Shown: positions 57,130-62,308 of the stretch, piece by piece
Position numbering within the stretch: the first letter of the stretch is position 1
How the letters are laid out: each line of letters opens with the position of its first letter
From: Acidimicrobiales bacterium
Lineage (GTDB): Bacteria > Actinomycetota > Acidimicrobiia > Acidimicrobiales > Bog-793
Reading direction: 5' to 3'
DNA: 62,308 nt
Assembly: GCA_050014835.1 (NCBI GenBank)
Contig: JBEKCO010000004.1
Coordinates: forward strand, 1-62,308
Translations under genes and position numbers: made by a program
Notes under the pieces: model-generated
Seen by the model: the letters and a program-made list of their open reading frames with translations, nothing else
Database searches by the model: none
Told to the model about the DNA's origin: nothing

Positions 57130-58647
57130 GTGGGTCGTCGTCGTCTGCTCGCAAGCGTCGGGCTGACGAGCCTCCTGTGCTTCGGGATGCTCGGCCTCGC
57201 CGTCGGCTTAAGCTGGTCGCCACACCTCGGGCTCGACCTCGAGGGCGGGCTCTCCGTCGTCTTCAAGCCGAACCACACGGTTTCCGACGCGACGTTGCAG
57301 ACCGCGGCGAACATCATGGTCGACCGCTCGAACGGCCTCGGCGTCTCCGGGTCTGACATCACGACCCAGGGCGGCGACATCATCGTCCAGATGCCCGGCG
57401 TGAAGGACCCCCAGCGGGTCCTCAACATCCTCGGCACGACCGCCCAGCTCTACTTCCGTCCGGTGCTCTGCGGCGCGCCGGCCTACAGCGGGCCGACGGC
57501 GAAGAAGAGCGGGACGAAGGCGAAGTCCGCCGGCGCCTACAAGGTCCCACCCTCGTGCCCGGCCCCCTACCGCTACACGACGGCGTACTACGTCTCGTCG
57601 GGCGGCGGCGGCTACGACCCCGGCAGCTACGCCATCGACCCCGTCTACGCGAGCTACCCGTCGACCTCGATCGCAAACGACGCGAAGTACAAGCACGACA
57701 ACGTCATTTTCAACTCGGGCGTCCCGGGTACGCCCCGTTACGTCCTCGGGCCCGCCCTCGCCACCGGCACGATCATCTCGAACGCCTACTCGCAACTGAG
57801 CGCGACCGGGCAGTGGGAGGTCGTCTTCGACCTGACGGGCAGCGGCACGACGACTTTCAACAAGATCGCCGCCACCTACTACCACGAGCTCGTCGCCAAC
57901 GACCTCGACGGTGACATCGTCTCGGCGCCGCTCATCGAGGCGACGAGTTTCCCGGGCAGCGGTCAGATCACCGGGAACTTCAACTCCTCGAGTGCCGGGG
58001 CACTCGCCCTCGACCTCAAGTACGGCTCACTGCCGGTCCAGCTCACCGCCGAGACCTCGCAGACGGTCTCGCCGAGCCTCGGCAAGTCCTCGCTCGACGC
58101 CGGACTGCTCGCCGGCATGCTCGGTCTGCTGCTCGTCATGTGCTACACGATCTTTTACTACCGGGCGCTCGGCATCGTCGTCGTCTCCGGTCTCGTCACC
58201 ACGGCGGCCTTCCTCTACGGGTTCATCTCGCTGCTCAGCGCCTCCTCGTTCGGGCTCACGCTCGACCTGTCCGGCGTGACCGGCCTCATCGTCTCGGTCG
58301 GCATCACCGTCGACTCCTACGTCGTGTACTTCGAACGGTTAAAAGATGAGGTGCGGGCCGGGCGCTCCATCCGGGCGTCGGTCGACAAGGGCTTTCGCAG
58401 CGCCTACCGCACGATCATTTCCGCCGACGCGGTCTCGTTCCTCGGCGCGCTCGTGCTGTGGTGGCTCTCGGTCGGCGCGGTACGCGGATTCGCGTTCATG
58501 CTCGGCCTGTCGACGCTCGTCGACGTCGCCACGGCGTACTTCTTCACCCGGCCGCTCGTCATCCTGCTCGGCCGCAACCACGTCATCGCCAGCGCCCGCC
58601 ACCTCGGGATCGCCCGCGGCCTCGCCGCCGCCGAGCAGACCCAGTGA
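57130..58647 (+). CDS. secD: Protein translocase subunit SecD
   Basis: LGLDLEGG, LKYGSLP, GITVDSYVVYFER, VRGFA. Confidence 0.96.
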   Translation: MGRRRLLASVGLTSLLCFGMLGLAVGLSWSPHLGLDLEGGLSVVFKPNHTVSDATLQTAANIMVDRSNGLGVSGSDITTQGGDIIVQMPGVKDPQRVLNILGTTAQLYFRPVLCGAPAYSGPTAKKSGTKAKSAGAYKVPPSCPAPYRYTTAYYVSSGGGGYDPGSYAIDPVYASYPSTSIANDAKYKHDNVIFNSGVPGTPRYVLGPALATGTIISNAYSQLSATGQWEVVFDLTGSGTTTFNKIAATYYHELVANDLDGDIVSAPLIEATSFPGSGQITGNFNSSSAGALALDLKYGSLPVQLTAETSQTVSPSLGKSSLDAGLLAGMLGLLLVMCYTIFYYRALGIVVVSGLVTTAAFLYGFISLLSASSFGLTLDLSGVTGLIVSVGITVDSYVVYFERLKDEVRAGRSIRASVDKGFRSAYRTIISADAVSFLGALVLWWLSVGAVRGFAFMLGLSTLVDVATAYFFTRPLVILLGRNHVIASARHLGIARGLAAAEQTQ

Positions 58648-60122
58648 GCCCCGATCGCATCCTCCCGGGCTCGGCCGGGCCGCAGCCGCCCGAGCCGGAA
58701 GGCGCGTCCCGCCCCTTCCCGCCGCCGTTCGCCCCGCCGACCGAAGAGCCACCCGAGGCGGCCGGAGCTCTTCGGACCGGGGCCGACGGGGAGCCGGTCG
58801 CGCCGCCCGAGCCACCGGTGAGAGAACCGACCGCCGAGGTGCCGGCACGGGGGACACCCCGAGGGCGTAGCCGGCAGCTCGGGCCGCTCCGCCGCCTCTA
58901 CTTCGGCCAGACCCGCTTCGACTTCGTCCGCCGCAAGCACTGGTGGTTCGCGCTGTCCTCGACGATCATCTTGGCGGGCGCCATCTCGCTGGCGACGAGG
59001 GGACTCAACCTCGACATCGAGTTCGCCGGCGGCAACGCCTGGACCCTGCAGACCTCGTCGGTCTCCGTCGCCCAGGCGCGCACCGCCCTCGCGCCCCTCG
59101 GGCTCGGCGGCGCGACGATCACCACGCTCGGCACCCCGCCGAAGACGACCCTCGAGGTCGAGGCGAAGCTGCCCAAGGCCCAGACGGCGGCGCAGTCGAA
59201 CAAACTGCTCGCCCAGGTGAGCCAGACCCTCGCGCGGCTCGCCCACCAACCGGTCACGGCCGTGAACGTCGAGCACGTCGGGCCCTCGTGGGGACACCAG
59301 ATCACCGACAAGGCGCTCGAAGCGCTCATCGTGTTCATCATCCTCGTCAGCGTGTACATCTCCATCTTTTTCGAATGGCGCATGGCGTTCGCGGCGATCG
59401 TCGCGATGTTCCACGACATCCTCGTGACGGTGGGCGTGTACTCGTTGGTCGGCTTCGACGTGACGCCGGACACGGTCGTCGCCTTCTTGACGATCCTCGG
59501 CTACTCGCTCTACGACACCATCGTCGTGTTCGACCGCGTGCGCGACAACGCGAAGAACCTCGCCCAGCGCGACCGGATCGTGTTCTCGGACCTCATCAAC
59601 CTCTCGATGAACCAGACGCTCGCCCGCTCGATCAACACGTCGCTCGTCGCCATCCTGCCGATCCTGTCGGTGCTCGTGCTCGGCGCGCAGATCCTCGGCG
59701 CGACGACGCTCGAGTACTTCGGCCTCGCGCTTTTCATCGGCCTCACGACCGGGGCCTACTCGTCGATCTTCATCGCCTCCCCGCTCGTCGCCGTGATGAA
59801 AGAACGCGAGCCGCACTACCGCCAGCTCGCCGAGCGCCTCCGCAAGCGGGGCATCGGCGCCGTGCTCCTCAGCCCGGCCGCCGTCGCCGCCGGCGCCCTC
59901 GGGCTCGAGCTCCCGACGTCTGGCCGGTCACTACCCGCCGTCGTCCCGGGCACCGCCCGCCGCCCGCCCGCCACTCGCCCCACGCCGTCGCGCCCCCCGG
60001 GCGCCCAGCCCGCCACCACAGCCACCGGCCCGGCCCCGCGGGCCACCGGGCCCGCGGGAAGCGCCCGTCCGAGCAAGTCCCGACCGGCCGCAAGGCGGCG
60101 ACGTAAGGGGGGCCGGCACTGA
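58644..60122 (+). CDS. secF: Protein translocase subunit SecF
   Basis: IEFAGG, VGPSWG, HDILVT, GYSLYDTIVVFDR, RSINTS, YSSIFIA. Confidence 0.96.
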   Translation: MSPDRILPGSAGPQPPEPEGASRPFPPPFAPPTEEPPEAAGALRTGADGEPVAPPEPPVREPTAEVPARGTPRGRSRQLGPLRRLYFGQTRFDFVRRKHWWFALSSTIILAGAISLATRGLNLDIEFAGGNAWTLQTSSVSVAQARTALAPLGLGGATITTLGTPPKTTLEVEAKLPKAQTAAQSNKLLAQVSQTLARLAHQPVTAVNVEHVGPSWGHQITDKALEALIVFIILVSVYISIFFEWRMAFAAIVAMFHDILVTVGVYSLVGFDVTPDTVVAFLTILGYSLYDTIVVFDRVRDNAKNLAQRDRIVFSDLINLSMNQTLARSINTSLVAILPILSVLVLGAQILGATTLEYFGLALFIGLTTGAYSSIFIASPLVAVMKEREPHYRQLAERLRKRGIGAVLLSPAAVAAGALGLELPTSGRSLPAVVPGTARRPPATRPTPSRPPGAQPATTATGPAPRATGPAGSARPSKSRPAARRRRKGGRH

Positions 60123-61345
60123 TCGACGTCCATCTGGCCCGCGTGGAGCCCGAACGATTCCGGACCGCGCTCGCCCGGAAGGGCGCCGCCGCGATCTTCG
60201 ACGAGTTCCTCGCCCTCGACCAGGCCTGGCGCCTCGAGGCCGCCCGGGTCGAGCAACTGCGGGCCGCCACGAAGCCGAAGGGCCGCCCCGACGACGCCGT
60301 CCGCCAGGCGCTCGCCGCAGCCAAGGCCGAGCTGAGACTCGCCGAGGAGTCCTTCGCCGGGACGACGGCGCGGCGCGACGCCCTCCTCGCCCAGATCCCG
60401 AACCCGCCCGACCCGAGCGCTCCCGACGGCACAACCGACGAGGACGCCGTCGAGCTGCGCCGCGTCGGCGAGCCGCCGGAGTTCTCGTTCGAGCCCAAGG
60501 ACCACCTCGCGCTCGGCGCCTTCGCCGTCGAGAAGGCGGCCCAGCTCTCGGGGGCGCGCTTCGCCTACCGGATCGGGGACGTCGCCCTCGTCGAGCTCGC
60601 CCTGTATCGCTACGCGCTCGGGCGGGCGATCGCCCACGGCTTCACGCCGGTGCTGCCGCCGGTGCTCGTCCGGGAGTCCGCGATGTTCGGGACCGGGTTC
60701 CTGCCGACCGACGAGGCGAACCTGTACCGGGTCGAGCCCGACGGTCTGTACCTCACGGGCACCTCGGAGGTGGCCCTCGCCGGCCTGCACGCCGGGGAGA
60801 TCCTCGAGGCGTCGGCGCTCCCGCGCCGCTACGCCGGCTACTCGACGTGTTTCCGCCGCGAGGCCGGTGCGGCGGGCAAGGACACCCGGGGGATCTTCCG
60901 CGTCCACCAGTTCGACAAGGTCGAGATGTTCGTCTTCGCGACCCCGGAGCAGTCCGCCGCGGAGCACGAGGCGATCCTTTCGGTCGAGGAGGAGATCATC
61001 GGCGGCCTCGGGCTCGCCTACCGCGTCGTGAACATCGCGGCAGGGGACCTCGGCCCGTCGGCAGTGAAGAAGTACGACATCGAGGGCTGGATCCCGAGCC
61101 AGGCCCGCTACCGCGAGCTCACCTCGTGCTCGAACACGACCGACTACCAGGCCCGCCGCCTCAACATCCGGGTACGCGGCCCCGAGGGGATCCGGGCCCT
61201 CCACACCCTCAACGGCACGGCGATCACGGCGCGCTCGCTCATCGCGCTCCTCGAGACCTTCCAGCGGGCCGACGGCTCCGTCGACACGCCCGAGGTCCTC
61301 GTCGCCCTCGGCGCGCCGGCGCGCCTCGCCCCGGCGGGCGCCTAG
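60119..61345 (+). CDS. serS: Serine--tRNA ligase (probable CTG start)
   Basis: GTSEV, FRREAG, RVHQFDK, ELTSCSN, HTLNGT; the N-terminal IDVHLAR..P extends back to CTG 60119. Confidence 0.96.
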   Translation: MIDVHLARVEPERFRTALARKGAAAIFDEFLALDQAWRLEAARVEQLRAATKPKGRPDDAVRQALAAAKAELRLAEESFAGTTARRDALLAQIPNPPDPSAPDGTTDEDAVELRRVGEPPEFSFEPKDHLALGAFAVEKAAQLSGARFAYRIGDVALVELALYRYALGRAIAHGFTPVLPPVLVRESAMFGTGFLPTDEANLYRVEPDGLYLTGTSEVALAGLHAGEILEASALPRRYAGYSTCFRREAGAAGKDTRGIFRVHQFDKVEMFVFATPEQSAAEHEAILSVEEEIIGGLGLAYRVVNIAAGDLGPSAVKKYDIEGWIPSQARYRELTSCSNTTDYQARRLNIRVRGPEGIRALHTLNGTAITARSLIALLETFQRADGSVDTPEVLVALGAPARLAPAGA

Positions 61346-62178
61346 TCCACGTCCGGCGCGAGCCGGTGGAGCGGCCCGGCGCCGTGCCCGAACCCGCCCT
61401 CGGCGGACCGCTCGAGCGAGGCGGTGACGAAGCGCTTCGCCGCGCCGGTCGCCTCGCGCACCCCGAGACCGCGGGCGAGGAAGGCGGCCAGCGCCGCCGA
61501 GAGCGTGCAACCGGTCCCGTGGACGTTGCGGGTCGTCACCCACGGGGCGCGGAACCAGGTGAGCTCGCCGTCGAGACAGAGGACGTCGGCCGCGTCGACG
61601 GCCTTGCGGTGACCGCCTTTCACGAGGGCCGCGCGCGCCCCCATGCGGCACAGCTTCATCGCCGCCTCCGCCATCGCCTCCTCGTCCCGGACCCGGCGGC
61701 CGACCAGCACCTCGGCCTCGGCGAGGTTCGGGGTGACGACCGTGGCGTAGGGGAGGAGCCGGCGGTAGGCGGCGGAGGCGTCGCCGGCGATGAGGGGCGA
61801 GCCCGAGGAGGCGACCATCACCGGGTCGACGACGAGGATGCCGAAAGCGCCGGAGCCCGCCCGCTGGGCGATCGTCTCGACGATCGCCGTCGTCGCCAGC
61901 ATGCCGGTCTTGGCGGCGTCGATCGTGAAGTCGGCGAGCACGGCGTCGAGCTGGGCGTCGACGAAGGTGGGGGAGAGGATCTCGACGCCGCACACGGCCT
62001 GGGTGTTCTGGGCCGTCACCGCCGTGACGACGAGGGTCCCGAAGACACCGAGCGCGTAGAAAGTGCGCAGGTCCGCGGCGATGCCCGCCCCGCCACCCGA
62101 GTCGGTGCCGGCGATCGTGAGGGCGACGCGGGGCGGCGGTTCGCCGTGCGCGCGCATCCCCTCCTTGGCCGCTGTCAT
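61342..62178 (-). CDS. thiD: Hydroxymethylpyrimidine/phosphomethylpyrimidine kinase
   Basis: IAGTDSGGGAGI.AD, TAQNT, DPVM, TPNLAEA, KGGH, HGTGCT. Confidence 0.96.
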   Translation of the reverse strand: MTAAKEGMRAHGEPPPRVALTIAGTDSGGGAGIAADLRTFYALGVFGTLVVTAVTAQNTQAVCGVEILSPTFVDAQLDAVLADFTIDAAKTGMLATTAIVETIAQRAGSGAFGILVVDPVMVASSGSPLIAGDASAAYRRLLPYATVVTPNLAEAEVLVGRRVRDEEAMAEAAMKLCRMGARAALVKGGHRKAVDAADVLCLDGELTWFRAPWVTTRNVHGTGCTLSAALAAFLARGLGVREATGAAKRFVTASLERSAEGGFGHGAGPLHRLAPDVD

Positions 62179-62308
62179 CGGATCATCCTAGTTGGCTGGT
62201 CGGAAATTCCTCTGTTTGAGCAGGTAGAAGCTGTGAACGGTGCTCGCGATTCGTCGCGGCGTGAGCTTCAATCTGTTCATGAGAGGAACCGCTGAGAGCC
62301 AAAGCTCT

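Noticed and set aside
59816-61993. Long antisense and alternate-frame ORFs (also 22250-24427, 47034-49307, 7467-9101 and others)
   Set aside because: Arg/Pro/Gly-rich shadow ORFs expected in high-GC DNA overlapping well-supported genes

Overview
High-GC actinobacterial sequence; gene content and style suggest Acidimicrobiia (inference). It begins inside the left end of an IS1182-like element and may also end in an IS terminus. Left part: recA with a LexA box, a DsbA-fold protein, a GNAT, and a LysR regulator facing a probable small RNA with two C-rich loops. Next is a four-gene lipid operon (fatty acyl-CoA reductase/HAD fusion, Zn-dehydrogenase, LarA/DUF2088-like protein, acyltransferase) that resembles a split myxobacterial Elb ether-lipid cluster. 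After tRNA-Val(CAC) comes accessory DNA: HsdR and NYN remnants, an orphan UbiA prenyltransferase, and a ~17 kb glycan locus (GH26, GH113, GT14, three GT4, four GT2, a Wzx flippase, a DUF2206-like membrane protein). Then thiM-thiE behind a divergent TPP riboswitch, a MarR-ABC exporter pair, a frameshifted membrane gene, a coiled-coil protein, and riboflavin synthase plus an NMT1-type ABC importer. The right part is mostly core actinobacterial gene order: EF-G2, Bcp, MFS, F420 reductase, mshC, thrS-HIT-pgsA-patA-pimA, an M48 peptidase, yebC-ruvCAB-yajC-secDF-serS, thiD. All calls come from reading motifs by eye; no database searches were run.
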